The position numbers and the translations under genes were made by a program. A stretch of DNA of 25,580 bases, taken from Candidatus Thorarchaeota archaeon (GTDB lineage Archaea; Asgardarchaeota; Thorarchaeia; Thorarchaeales; Thorarchaeaceae). The notes under the pieces were generated by a model. The model saw nothing but the letters and a program-made list of their open reading frames with translations. It was not told the origin of the DNA and did no database searches. The stretch is taken from positions 1-25,580 of the forward strand of contig JAEOTX010000127.1 of assembly GCA_016839605.1 (NCBI GenBank). Reading direction: 5' to 3'. Positions 1-8,744 of the stretch are shown here, piece by piece (the stretch's first letter is position 1; the number at the start of each line of letters is the position of its first letter).

Positions 1-2
1 TA

Positions 3-920
3 ATTGAGAATGAAGGCTGCGATGTGGTCTTTACGACATCATTTGGCTTCATGGATGCGACAATTGCAGCTGGAGCTCGACATACCGACAAGATATTCTT
101 CCACTGTTCAGGATTTCTGAGGAGTGAAAACGTAGGCACCTACTTTGCAGACTTCTACCAGCTGTATTATCTGAATGGATTGATGGCTGGTGCGCTCACC
201 CAGACTGGAAAGATAGGTTACGTTGCAGCATTCCCGATTCCAGAACTTGTCAGGCACATCAACGCATTTGCGATTGGCGCCAACGAGGTCAATGCATCAG
301 TCACTACTGATGTACGTTGGCTTCAGACAGATTGGTTTGATCCTCCTGCAGCCACAACTGCGGCTAACGCTCTGATAGCAACAGGAGTCGACATGCTTGC
401 CTTTACAGAAGACTCTACAGCTGTACCACTTGTAGCAAACAGCACGGATGACGTGTATGTCTTTAGTCATTATTCACCCATGCAGTCCTACGCCCCAACT
501 AGCACCATTAGCGGACAGTTGGCAGACTGGGGTGTGATCTATGATGACATAATCCAGAAGATCTACCTTGGCCAGTATACAAACACAAACCTTGAGGACG
601 TTGATTATCTTTGGCTATTGCAAGAGGGCGGAATCGAGCTTGGCGGTGAGTTTGGCGTGCAAATTAACCCCCTCTTCGAGGATGACCTTAAGGCAATTGA
701 TGTAACAGATCCACTTCTAGGCACCTTAAGTGTCTACGATTTGATAATGACGAGAATAGCACAGATGAGTATGCCAAATGTAATCTTTGATCCATTCTCT
801 GGACCATTGGACTTCAAGAATGGAACGCAGTGGTTGGCAGATGGTGAACGTGCTGACATTGGGACACTGTTGAGTATAGACTGGTTTGTCGAAGGAATCA
901 TTGCAGACATACCCACATGA
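3..920 (+). CDS. BMP family ABC transporter substrate-binding protein (nucleoside/purine type), 5'-truncated
   Basis: Frame is open from the window edge (IENEGCDVVFTTSFGFMD). BMP/PnrA-like motifs TTSFGF, YLNGLMAGALTQTGKIGYVAAFPIPELVRHINAFAIGA and WFDP. Followed by an ATPase and two permeases. Confidence 0.9.
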   Translation: MENEGCDVVFTTSFGFMDATIAAGARHTDKIFFHCSGFLRSENVGTYFADFYQLYYLNGLMAGALTQTGKIGYVAAFPIPELVRHINAFAIGANEVNASVTTDVRWLQTDWFDPPAATTAANALIATGVDMLAFTEDSTAVPLVANSTDDVYVFSHYSPMQSYAPTSTISGQLADWGVIYDDIIQKIYLGQYTNTNLEDVDYLWLLQEGGIELGGEFGVQINPLFEDDLKAIDVTDPLLGTLSVYDLIMTRIAQMSMPNVIFDPFSGPLDFKNGTQWLADGERADIGTLLSIDWFVEGIIADIPT

Positions 921-930
921 CCCAATCTAA

Positions 931-963
931 GGGGGATTATCACTCCCCCACCCCTTTCTTTTT
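931..963 (+). terminator. GC-rich hairpin plus U-rich tract after the binding-protein gene
   Basis: GGGGGA (931-936) pairs with TCCCCC (944-949) around a 7-nt loop, followed by TTTCTTTTT (955-963). It starts 10 nt after the stop codon. Confidence 0.6.
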
Positions 964-1048
964 GTGTTGTAGGTTTTCCTCTAGAAGCCTACTATTGAAA
1001 TACTACAAGTCCCCGTAAAGAAAACCTAAGAATGCAGGGGAATCTTAC

Positions 1049-2635
1049 ATGGAAACTGCACTAGAGATGCGAGAGGTCTGCAAGACCTTCTATGGAGAAG
1101 GCGAAGTTGAGATTCGTGCAAATGACCATGTCAACTTCACACTCAAGAAAGGGGAGATTCATGCCTTGCTTGGAGAGAATGGGGCAGGTAAGAGTACTCT
1201 TGTCATGAATCTGTGTCGAAGACCTGATAGTGGATCTGTAATCATAGAGGGAAAAGAACTCGAACTGAAAACACCCCGAGATGCTCTTGAGCATGGGATT
1301 GGAATAGCCCACCAAGACCTGTCTCGCACACTTATTGAGAGACATACTGTTGCAGAGAATGTTCTAAGCTTGACAAAGGGCTTCCTTCTATCCATTGACA
1401 CGGTAGAGGAGGCAGTTAGAGAGGCGGTTCAGAAGTTTGACTTGGGTGATATCGACCCGAAAATGAAAGTATGGAAACTGTCTGGTGGAGAGAAACAGCG
1501 TGTAGAGATACTAAAAGCGCTCATCACCGACCCAGGAATAATCATTCTTGATGAACCTACTTCTATGCTAACCCCCCCTGAGGTCGATGATCTATTTGCT
1601 CTTCTCGAATCATTGAAAGCTGAGGGAAAAGCCATAGTCATAATCACTCATCATCTTGAAGAAGCAATTCAGATAAGCGACAGGATAACGGTCCTGCGAA
1701 GGGGTCAAGTTGTCGACACGCTTGACGAAGGCAGAGTTCAGAAGTTGAAGTCCAATCCCCAGCAGGGCGTCCGAGAGCTCGCTCGTTTGATGGTCGGAAA
1801 AGAAACATTGTACGACCTGAAACGGCAGGAGTTGAAACCTGGTCAGATAGTTTTGGAAACTCAAGATTTGTGCGTCGAAAATGACATGGGGATTCAAGTT
1901 GTAACTAATGTCAATCTCGGTGCAAGAGCGGGTGAGATTCTAGGCATTGCTGGAATTGCAGGGAATGGTCAGCGGGAATTGCTCGAGTCGATAGTACATT
2001 TCCGGGTAGCGAGGACGGGAAAGATACTGTGGCACTCTGACGCAGGTGAATTGAATATCACGAACATGTCTGTTGGTGCAATCAGAGATTTAGGCGTATC
2101 ATATATTCCTGAGAATAGAAGGAAAGCAATGGTATTGGATCTCACTGTGAGAGAGAACCTAATGATGAGCTACTACTCTGATTCGAAAGGCCTTTTGATT
2201 GACCGGGACGCCATGATTCAGCTAACAGATGAACTCATAGAACAGTTTTCGGTGGACACTCCGAGTCCTTTGGCACCTATGAGAAGCATGTCAGGGGGCA
2301 ATAAGCAGAAAATTGTAGTAGCTAGAGAGATTTCACGTAAGCCAGCACAAGGCTCAAGACGGCTTCTCATTGCTGAGAATCCAACATTTGGACTAGACGT
2401 TGCAACAACACAATTCGTTCGTGAAGAGCTTCTAAAACAACGTGACTCAGGTGCAGCTGTTCTATTGGTGTCTAGCGATCTCACTGAAATTCTCACCTTG
2501 TGTGACAGAATCAGCGTAATTTACAATGGCGAGATTATTGGGACTTTGACCTCTGAAGAGGCAACCAGAGAATCTGTCGGTCTCATGATGGGAGGATTCG
2601 TTTCAGATTCAATTGGTTCTGAGGAGGGGAACTAA
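1049..2635 (+). CDS. ABC transporter ATP-binding protein with tandem nucleotide-binding domains (CUT2/nucleoside type)
   Basis: Walker A GENGAGKST, signature LSGGEKQRVEILKAL, Walker B IILDEPT. Second degenerate domain with GIAGNGQ, MSGGNKQK and PTFGLDV. Confidence 0.95.
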   Translation: METALEMREVCKTFYGEGEVEIRANDHVNFTLKKGEIHALLGENGAGKSTLVMNLCRRPDSGSVIIEGKELELKTPRDALEHGIGIAHQDLSRTLIERHTVAENVLSLTKGFLLSIDTVEEAVREAVQKFDLGDIDPKMKVWKLSGGEKQRVEILKALITDPGIIILDEPTSMLTPPEVDDLFALLESLKAEGKAIVIITHHLEEAIQISDRITVLRRGQVVDTLDEGRVQKLKSNPQQGVRELARLMVGKETLYDLKRQELKPGQIVLETQDLCVENDMGIQVVTNVNLGARAGEILGIAGIAGNGQRELLESIVHFRVARTGKILWHSDAGELNITNMSVGAIRDLGVSYIPENRRKAMVLDLTVRENLMMSYYSDSKGLLIDRDAMIQLTDELIEQFSVDTPSPLAPMRSMSGGNKQKIVVAREISRKPAQGSRRLLIAENPTFGLDVATTQFVREELLKQRDSGAAVLLVSSDLTEILTLCDRISVIYNGEIIGTLTSEEATRESVGLMMGGFVSDSIGSEEGN

Positions 2636-2636
2636 T

Positions 2637-3827
2637 ATGAATTTGGAGAGTTTCGGTACCTCACTCACCCGACTCAAGACCATGGTTGAAAGGGGTTTTG
2701 GATATCTAAAGAGAAAACTATGGCCCTTTGAGATTACTTTCCGAAAGAGATCTTCGAAACTTACATTTGAACAGTCTATCCGAACAAGGATCCTCGCGTT
2801 GCTTCTTGGCCTTGCAGTAGTTGCCGTCATATTTCTTGCCTATGGGATAAACCCTTTGGTGCTCTACTTGGACATATTCAGGGTTGCATTCTTCACTAGG
2901 TATGGAATTATTGAAACTCTTTCGCGTTTCATTCCTCTACTATTGGTTGCAATAGGGCTTGCAATACCGTTTCGAGCAAAGATTGACAACATTGGTGCTG
3001 AAGGTCAGCTCATAGTTGGTGCAATTGCAGCTACTGGAGTAGCTTTTTCTCTTCAACACCTCCCAAGTGGGATTCTGATTCCAATCATGTTTTTGGCAGG
3101 ATTTGCTGCAGGTGCACTTTGGGCCTTGCCTATAGCAATTTTCAGAGTAAAGAGCCAGTTCAAGGGCTCAGATGTGGTGATTAGCTTCCTTCTCTTCTTT
3201 CCCGCCCTCTATCTCGTGGAATATCTTGTCACAGGACCGTGGCAAGACCCAGCAGGCTGGGGCTTTCCTCAATCGCCATTGATTCCAGAATCAGCACGGA
3301 TCCCCCTGTTTCCCACAACAAGAGTCCATCTGACAATCATCCTAGCAGTTGGATTGACCTTACTCATTCATCAGTATCTAGTCAGAACCAAGGATGGCAT
3401 CACAGAAACGAAGTTGGGCTACGAAATCAATGTGATGGGAGAGAACCCAGAGGCCGGGGAGGCTATGGGTATGAGTTTCCTCAAGGTAGCAATAATTACA
3501 GTGCTACTCTCTGGCGGCTTAGCGGGTCTTGCTGGGGTAAGTGAAGTCGCAGGCAACCCCAATCTATACCGCTTACGGATGGAGATTTCAACAGGATTAG
3601 GATTCACAGGCATTGCTGTTGCATGGCTTGGCGGACTCAATCCAATAGGAGTCATTGTCAGTTCGCTCTTCTTTGCTGGCCTGTTGGCCGGAGGGGTTGA
3701 GATACAATCCGCTGGACTGCCCTTTGGTGTCGTGAATCTCTTCAATGGTGCCATTCTCTTCTTTGTACTCGTGACTGAGTTCTTCCTGCGACACACAGCT
3801 GAATGGAGGTTACGTCGTGACAATTGA
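2637..3827 (+). CDS. ABC transporter permease (nucleoside type)
   Basis: Multiple transmembrane segments; NIGAEGQ, GGLAGLAG and GFTGIAVAWLG motifs. ATG at 2637 follows the RBS GAGGAGGGG. Confidence 0.9.
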   Translation: MNLESFGTSLTRLKTMVERGFGYLKRKLWPFEITFRKRSSKLTFEQSIRTRILALLLGLAVVAVIFLAYGINPLVLYLDIFRVAFFTRYGIIETLSRFIPLLLVAIGLAIPFRAKIDNIGAEGQLIVGAIAATGVAFSLQHLPSGILIPIMFLAGFAAGALWALPIAIFRVKSQFKGSDVVISFLLFFPALYLVEYLVTGPWQDPAGWGFPQSPLIPESARIPLFPTTRVHLTIILAVGLTLLIHQYLVRTKDGITETKLGYEINVMGENPEAGEAMGMSFLKVAIITVLLSGGLAGLAGVSEVAGNPNLYRLRMEISTGLGFTGIAVAWLGGLNPIGVIVSSLFFAGLLAGGVEIQSAGLPFGVVNLFNGAILFFVLVTEFFLRHTAEWRLRRDN

Positions 3828-4737
3828 GCAGACAGGATCCCAGATTGTGATTGCTGCCACGTTCTTCCTGATTCCCACTTTGGGTGAGATGGTGACAGAG
3901 CGATCTGGTATACTGAATCTGGGTATTGAAGGGATGGTCATCTCAGGAGCGGCGGGATCCTTCGCGGCGGCGCATATAACAGGCAACCTTTGGATTGGCG
4001 CATTTGTTGGGGCTCTGGTTGGGGGATTATTAGCTCTCATACATGCAATAGTGACGGTCACGTTCAACAGGAATCAGGTTGTTTCAGGTATATCGCTGAC
4101 CATACTTGGAACAGGATTGAGTAGTATTCTTGGTCTAGGTCTAATAGGTGTGCCAATAGTCCCATTTGGGCCTATAGCTATTCCAGGCCTCAGTGCAATC
4201 CCGATTATTGGTCCTATCTTCTTCGACAAGAACATGCTTGTCTACTTCTCATACGTAATGGTTCCGGCCCTCTGGTTTATTCTCTTCAAGACACGGTATG
4301 GGATAATGATACGGAGTGTTGGAGAGAATCCGATGGCGGCTTACACGCAGGGCGTTGATGTGGTTCGAATCAGATATCTAAGTGTGATATTTGGCGGGAT
4401 GATGGCTGGACTTGGCGGTGCATATCTGACTCTTGCATGGATTCCAATGTGGGTTGAAGGTATCACAACCGCTCGAGGATGGATTGTCATAGCCTTAGTG
4501 GTTGTTGGACTGTGGCACCCTGTGGGAGCTTTTGTAGGGAGTTACATCTTTGGAGCGTTCGACGTCCTTCGCTATGCTTTCCAGCCACTAGGCGTGCCGA
4601 CTGCCTTTCTGAACATGTTGCCTTCAATATCTACAATCCTATTCCTAGTCATCTGGGGAGTGTTATTGAACCTGCAAAAGGTAAAGAGTATCGTGGGAGC
4701 CCCCTCATCTCTCTGTGTGCCATTTGAAACTGAATGA
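3817..4737 (+). CDS. ABC transporter permease (nucleoside type)
   Basis: LGEMVTERSGILNLGIEG, IRSVGENP and RGWIVIALV motifs. GTG start overlaps the upstream permease and follows the RBS GGAGG. Confidence 0.92.
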   Translation: MTIEQTGSQIVIAATFFLIPTLGEMVTERSGILNLGIEGMVISGAAGSFAAAHITGNLWIGAFVGALVGGLLALIHAIVTVTFNRNQVVSGISLTILGTGLSSILGLGLIGVPIVPFGPIAIPGLSAIPIIGPIFFDKNMLVYFSYVMVPALWFILFKTRYGIMIRSVGENPMAAYTQGVDVVRIRYLSVIFGGMMAGLGGAYLTLAWIPMWVEGITTARGWIVIALVVVGLWHPVGAFVGSYIFGAFDVLRYAFQPLGVPTAFLNMLPSISTILFLVIWGVLLNLQKVKSIVGAPSSLCVPFETE

Positions 4738-4749
4738 GGAGGGTACTAT

Positions 4750-5121
4750 CTACTCCACTAACTCTTCAGACTCGGGAAACCATGGTGGGTCTACCATACA
4801 CAGGAACACTAGATCAGAATCGCCTGTATTCTCAATATGCTGAATCCCTTTTGGTGGGATGTAGACCACATCACCTGATGCAACCTCAGCAGTTTCGTCA
4901 TCAATATGCATGACTCCTGTGCCGTGAAGGATATAGTAGACCTCAGATGCCTCAAAGAATCTGTGTGGAAAGGATGCCTTGCCTGGTTTTACAATGGCAT
5001 GAGCAATACTATAGTCAAGCTTCAGATTCTCCTTGTCATGACGGGGATTCAGGAGTTCTCGAAGTATTGTGCCATCTAGAGCCACTATCTCCTCACAGTC
5101 ATCAAATCGTTTGATCCACAT
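4750..5121 (-). CDS. Cupin domain protein
   Basis: Cupin motifs HRFFEASEVYYILHGTG and GDVVYIPPKGIQH. Likely ATG at 5121 (MWIKRFDDC); the ORF track start is 5148. Confidence 0.85.
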   Translation of the reverse strand: MWIKRFDDCEEIVALDGTILRELLNPRHDKENLKLDYSIAHAIVKPGKASFPHRFFEASEVYYILHGTGVMHIDDETAEVASGDVVYIPPKGIQHIENTGDSDLVFLCMVDPPWFPESEELVE

Positions 5122-5194
5122 GCAATCCAACTCAATTGTTGGCTGCAAATTCAGACGTATTTGTTTTGTGCATCTCTACTGCAGCACAAGTCTT

Positions 5195-6394
5195 TCAAAA
5201 GTCTGGAGGACTATTGTTATACCACTTGGGAATCTTCTCCATCGCAGGTCTATAACCATCTAGCACATGTCGTGAGATTACGAGTCTTTGAATCTCACTT
5301 GTGCCCTCGTATATTTCGTAGAGTTTTGCGTCTCTGAACAGCTTCTCAACTGGATATTGATCGATGTATCCGTATCCTCCATGAACCTGTACTGCCTGAT
5401 GAGCTACTTCCATAGCGGTTTCTGTCGCCATGACTTTCGCAATACTAGCCGGAATTGTAGGGTCCATTTCGTTGTCGGCGGCCCAAGCAGCCTTTAGGTA
5501 TAGAAGTCGCGCAGCTTCGACCTTGGCATACATGTCACCCAGTTTGAAACTGACAACTTGAAAGTCCTTGAGTTTCTGATCGAATGCCTCTCTTCTCTGG
5601 ACATATTCTCTGGCGTATTCCATTGCCGCCCTAGCTAGACCCGTGGCAAAGGCTGCAATTGAAGGTCTAGTCATACTGAATGTCTGCATAGCAACCCTGA
5701 ACCCCTTACCCTCTTCACCTAGCAGATTCTCAGCAGGAACCTTCGCATCTCGAAAAACGACTGATGATGTGGTGGATGCTCTGTGCCCCATCTTCTCAAC
5801 CGGACGACCGGTCTTTACTCCAGGAGTGTCTGCGTCAACAATGAATGCACACAATGCCTTGTGTCTTTTACTTGGGTCAAGACTTGCAAAAACTGTGAAG
5901 TAGTCAGCATGAGGAGCATTTGTGATCCAGAACTTCGATCCATTGAGAACATAATGGTCGCCCTCTTTCTTCACACGTGTCTTTATTCCTGCTACATCGC
6001 TGCCCATTCCAGGCTCAGAACATGCAAAGCTCACAAATTTCAGGTCTTCTGTGAGTGGTCGCAGATATTTTTCCTTCTGTTCAGCGTTGCCAGCAATCAG
6101 GATTGGTTCAGCGCCAAGACTGTTGACATAGATACTAGTTGTCATTCCAGCACAGCCTGCAGCCAACTCTTCAACGGTTATGCACTGTTCAATGGACCCA
6201 AGACCCAGACCGCCATACTCATTTGGTATTGCCAAGTTCATTAGGCCCGCTTCCCAGCACTTCTTGATAATAGGAAGAGGGAACTCGCCGGTCTTGTCGT
6301 AATAGTGAGCGTATGGAATCATATACTCTTGAGCAAACTCGCGGGTCCTGTTCTGTAGATCAATCTGTTCTTTTGTAAGGCTGAAATCGACCAT
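5195..6394 (-). CDS. Acyl-CoA dehydrogenase
   Basis: FACSEPGMGSD, LNGSKFWITNA, KMGHRAS, QVHGGYGY and catalytic RDAKLYEIYEGTSEIQR motifs. Confidence 0.95.
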   Translation of the reverse strand: MVDFSLTKEQIDLQNRTREFAQEYMIPYAHYYDKTGEFPLPIIKKCWEAGLMNLAIPNEYGGLGLGSIEQCITVEELAAGCAGMTTSIYVNSLGAEPILIAGNAEQKEKYLRPLTEDLKFVSFACSEPGMGSDVAGIKTRVKKEGDHYVLNGSKFWITNAPHADYFTVFASLDPSKRHKALCAFIVDADTPGVKTGRPVEKMGHRASTTSSVVFRDAKVPAENLLGEEGKGFRVAMQTFSMTRPSIAAFATGLARAAMEYAREYVQRREAFDQKLKDFQVVSFKLGDMYAKVEAARLLYLKAAWAADNEMDPTIPASIAKVMATETAMEVAHQAVQVHGGYGYIDQYPVEKLFRDAKLYEIYEGTSEIQRLVISRHVLDGYRPAMEKIPKWYNNSPPDF

Positions 6395-6479
6395 AGTTCT
6401 CCCTCAAGGGATTCAACTAACAACTGGTAGAGCGTGGTGGTATAAGGCCATTACCAAATGACAAACACTGGATGAAGGA

Positions 6480-8744
6480 TTAGTTTTGGCTAGTAATCTG
6501 ACGAACTACCTCGGGAAGATTCCACTTGAGTTCCAGCTCCAGTGCACCCTCGTCAGGGCCGGGACAACGTCTTACACAGGTTCGACATGCCACGCACAGC
6601 CAGAGGTCAACCTCGACTGTTCCAAAACCAGGGGAGTCATCTGTTAAAACGATGTCACCTACGGGCTTCTGTGCTGCAAGACCTTTCACTGTTCTATAGA
6701 AGAGTGCTCTATTGACAGGTAGGCTATCGAGCTCCTCATCTGAAATGTCAAAGAACTTGGACACTTCAACCACTGGTTTCAGTTCGATTGCATCTTCAGG
6801 ACATGAAATCTCACAAGACTTACAGCCCAAACACTTGGAAAGGTTCCAATCGATTGTACCAAAGCCAAGCAAGGGAGCATAGCCCATCATTGCTTTGTAT
6901 TCATCAAGAACTGATGGTACGTCCACCTCTGCTAGGTCGTCTAGTGTGACTTTTGGTCGTGTGCTAGGAATCTTAGCACGTGTACGATAAGCCAACGACA
7001 CAGCGGATCTAATCTTTTCCTCTATTCCTGTGAGTATGTCTTCTCCAACGACATTTCCTTCAATCGTGATCTTGATCAGCGTGTCGCGACCCTTTGATAG
7101 GGTTTCTAACGCATTAGCCACCTTACCAATGTCTTCAGCCTTCAGATCTTGGAGAAGCGATTCAAACTCAGAAGATGCCTCAGTGAGTTGAAGTGCCAGT
7201 GAACTTGCAGTCTCAATTGTGAGTTCAGCTTCCGTAGGTGTCCTTGGAACATCATAGAGAAGATAACCATGGCTCTCGCCAGGAGAAGTGAGTAGCTCGT
7301 CCCTCTTCATACGAAGCAGATGTTGCAGAATCCGGTTCTTCGGGATGCTAGTCTTCTCTCCAAGGTCCTTTGCAGTCATTGCTCCTAGTTCGCGAATGAG
7401 TATGAGAATTGTTCCCCGTTCAAGCTCGTTGTCCAGATAGCTGGACATCATTCTCTCATAGACCTCTGGGTCCAGTTTCTCACCATAGACATTGGTTCCT
7501 GAAACCAGATTGGGTCCTTTTTCGAGGGTTATCTTCAGTCGGAATCTTGCAAAAGCCTCGAGCCCTGCAGAAACTAGTAAGCGTAAGTCTTCAGAGCTAT
7601 CAGCAGGTGAAGATTGCAGAACTGCTTCGGTTGCTTGGTCAACCGTTTCACGCAGATTGTTCATGGATTCGGCAAGGACTGTTTCATCATATTGACCAAT
7701 TTTCTGAAGCCTTCCTAGCAAGGGCTCCATTCTCTTGACTGAATCGACTACAGAAGATTTTGTATCACCTTCAAGCGATTTTCCCATTCCATTCAGCTGT
7801 TGTAGTATTCTCTTGAACACCAATGTGGAAGCAGGAATAGCCTCAAGAACGCGCGAGAACACCGGTGCATCCTCGTCAAGACCAACCATTTCAACCTCCC
7901 CTCTTTGAATCATGCTCACTATGGCGGTCTGTATATCGGAAGATCGTGCGTTCATCAGGTGGCTAATCTCTAAGACAGTACGTGAGCCCATCTTACCAAG
8001 GATAAAGATGATGACTCCGCGTCTGAGTTCAAGCATTATATTTTCGGATACTAGCTGCAAAGCTCGAGTTTCATCAATGCGACCCTCCCGAATCCCTCGC
8101 TTGACTTGAGCAGTCGTTCTAAGAAATGGGCCATATCTTGTCTTAGTACCTAGCTTCTGGAGGGCATCTAGGGCTGACGCGGGATCATCTTGAATTCCAG
8201 ATACAGCCTCTGATATTGACGCAACAAGAGTCTCTAGTTCAGAACTCGCCTCTTCTGCAGCAGATTTTGCATTGGTTTCATACCCTGTGATGACTGTTTC
8301 AATCTGTGTGATTAATTCTGATACAGGACTCAGGAGGGAATCTATGTCGACTGCAGTATCAATTTCTTCTATATCATCTGTGCCTTCCAAGGTTTCTGAT
8401 CTGGTGTTTATCGAAGTAAGAAGACCACGAGTGCTTTCTGTGTCACGGATGGAAACAGCTTCCTGAAGATGAGATATTGCTTGCTTTAGTAGCCCCCTAT
8501 CGGCTATTCGAGAAATGATATCAGAGCTTTCTGTGGCTTCTAAGAACTGCTCGAAATAAGCATCAGGGAATGCAAGAATCTCAGCTGCAAGTGGTTCTAG
8601 TTCCGTCTTGAGGTTGGCTATCTCTTCGCTAACTTTGCTTAGTGGAATGACAGCCTCTTCTTTCAGGCCACCAAGTGCTAAGACCATGTCCATCATGCGC
8701 CTTCGTTTCGGTGCCATATCAGACAGGCTCTTGGATTCGCTCAC
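6480..8744 (-). CDS. Uncharacterised ~754-aa protein: helical/coiled regions, two winged-helix-like repeats, C-terminal 2x[4Fe-4S] ferredoxin domain
   Basis: CLGCKSCEISCP (6798-6833) and CVACRTCVRRCP (6561-6596). Two 50-aa wHTH-like repeats at 7881-8030 and 7278-7427. GTG start at 8744 overlaps the upstream TGA (GTGA) after the RBS GGAGGTGA. Confidence 0.8.
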   Translation of the reverse strand: MSESKSLSDMAPKRRRMMDMVLALGGLKEEAVIPLSKVSEEIANLKTELEPLAAEILAFPDAYFEQFLEATESSDIISRIADRGLLKQAISHLQEAVSIRDTESTRGLLTSINTRSETLEGTDDIEEIDTAVDIDSLLSPVSELITQIETVITGYETNAKSAAEEASSELETLVASISEAVSGIQDDPASALDALQKLGTKTRYGPFLRTTAQVKRGIREGRIDETRALQLVSENIMLELRRGVIIFILGKMGSRTVLEISHLMNARSSDIQTAIVSMIQRGEVEMVGLDEDAPVFSRVLEAIPASTLVFKRILQQLNGMGKSLEGDTKSSVVDSVKRMEPLLGRLQKIGQYDETVLAESMNNLRETVDQATEAVLQSSPADSSEDLRLLVSAGLEAFARFRLKITLEKGPNLVSGTNVYGEKLDPEVYERMMSSYLDNELERGTILILIRELGAMTAKDLGEKTSIPKNRILQHLLRMKRDELLTSPGESHGYLLYDVPRTPTEAELTIETASSLALQLTEASSEFESLLQDLKAEDIGKVANALETLSKGRDTLIKITIEGNVVGEDILTGIEEKIRSAVSLAYRTRAKIPSTRPKVTLDDLAEVDVPSVLDEYKAMMGYAPLLGFGTIDWNLSKCLGCKSCEISCPEDAIELKPVVEVSKFFDISDEELDSLPVNRALFYRTVKGLAAQKPVGDIVLTDDSPGFGTVEVDLWLCVACRTCVRRCPGPDEGALELELKWNLPEVVRQITSQN

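Noticed and set aside
1175-1240. Slightly shortened segment after Walker A in the ABC ATPase (KSTLVMNLCRRPDSG)
   Set aside because: The change is in-frame and all catalytic motifs are intact, so there is no evidence of pseudogenisation.
7278-8030. Tandem winged helices as an ESCRT-II-like eukaryotic signature protein
   Set aside because: The repeats are 201 aa apart, fused to a ferredoxin and in a redox operon, with no ESCRT context.
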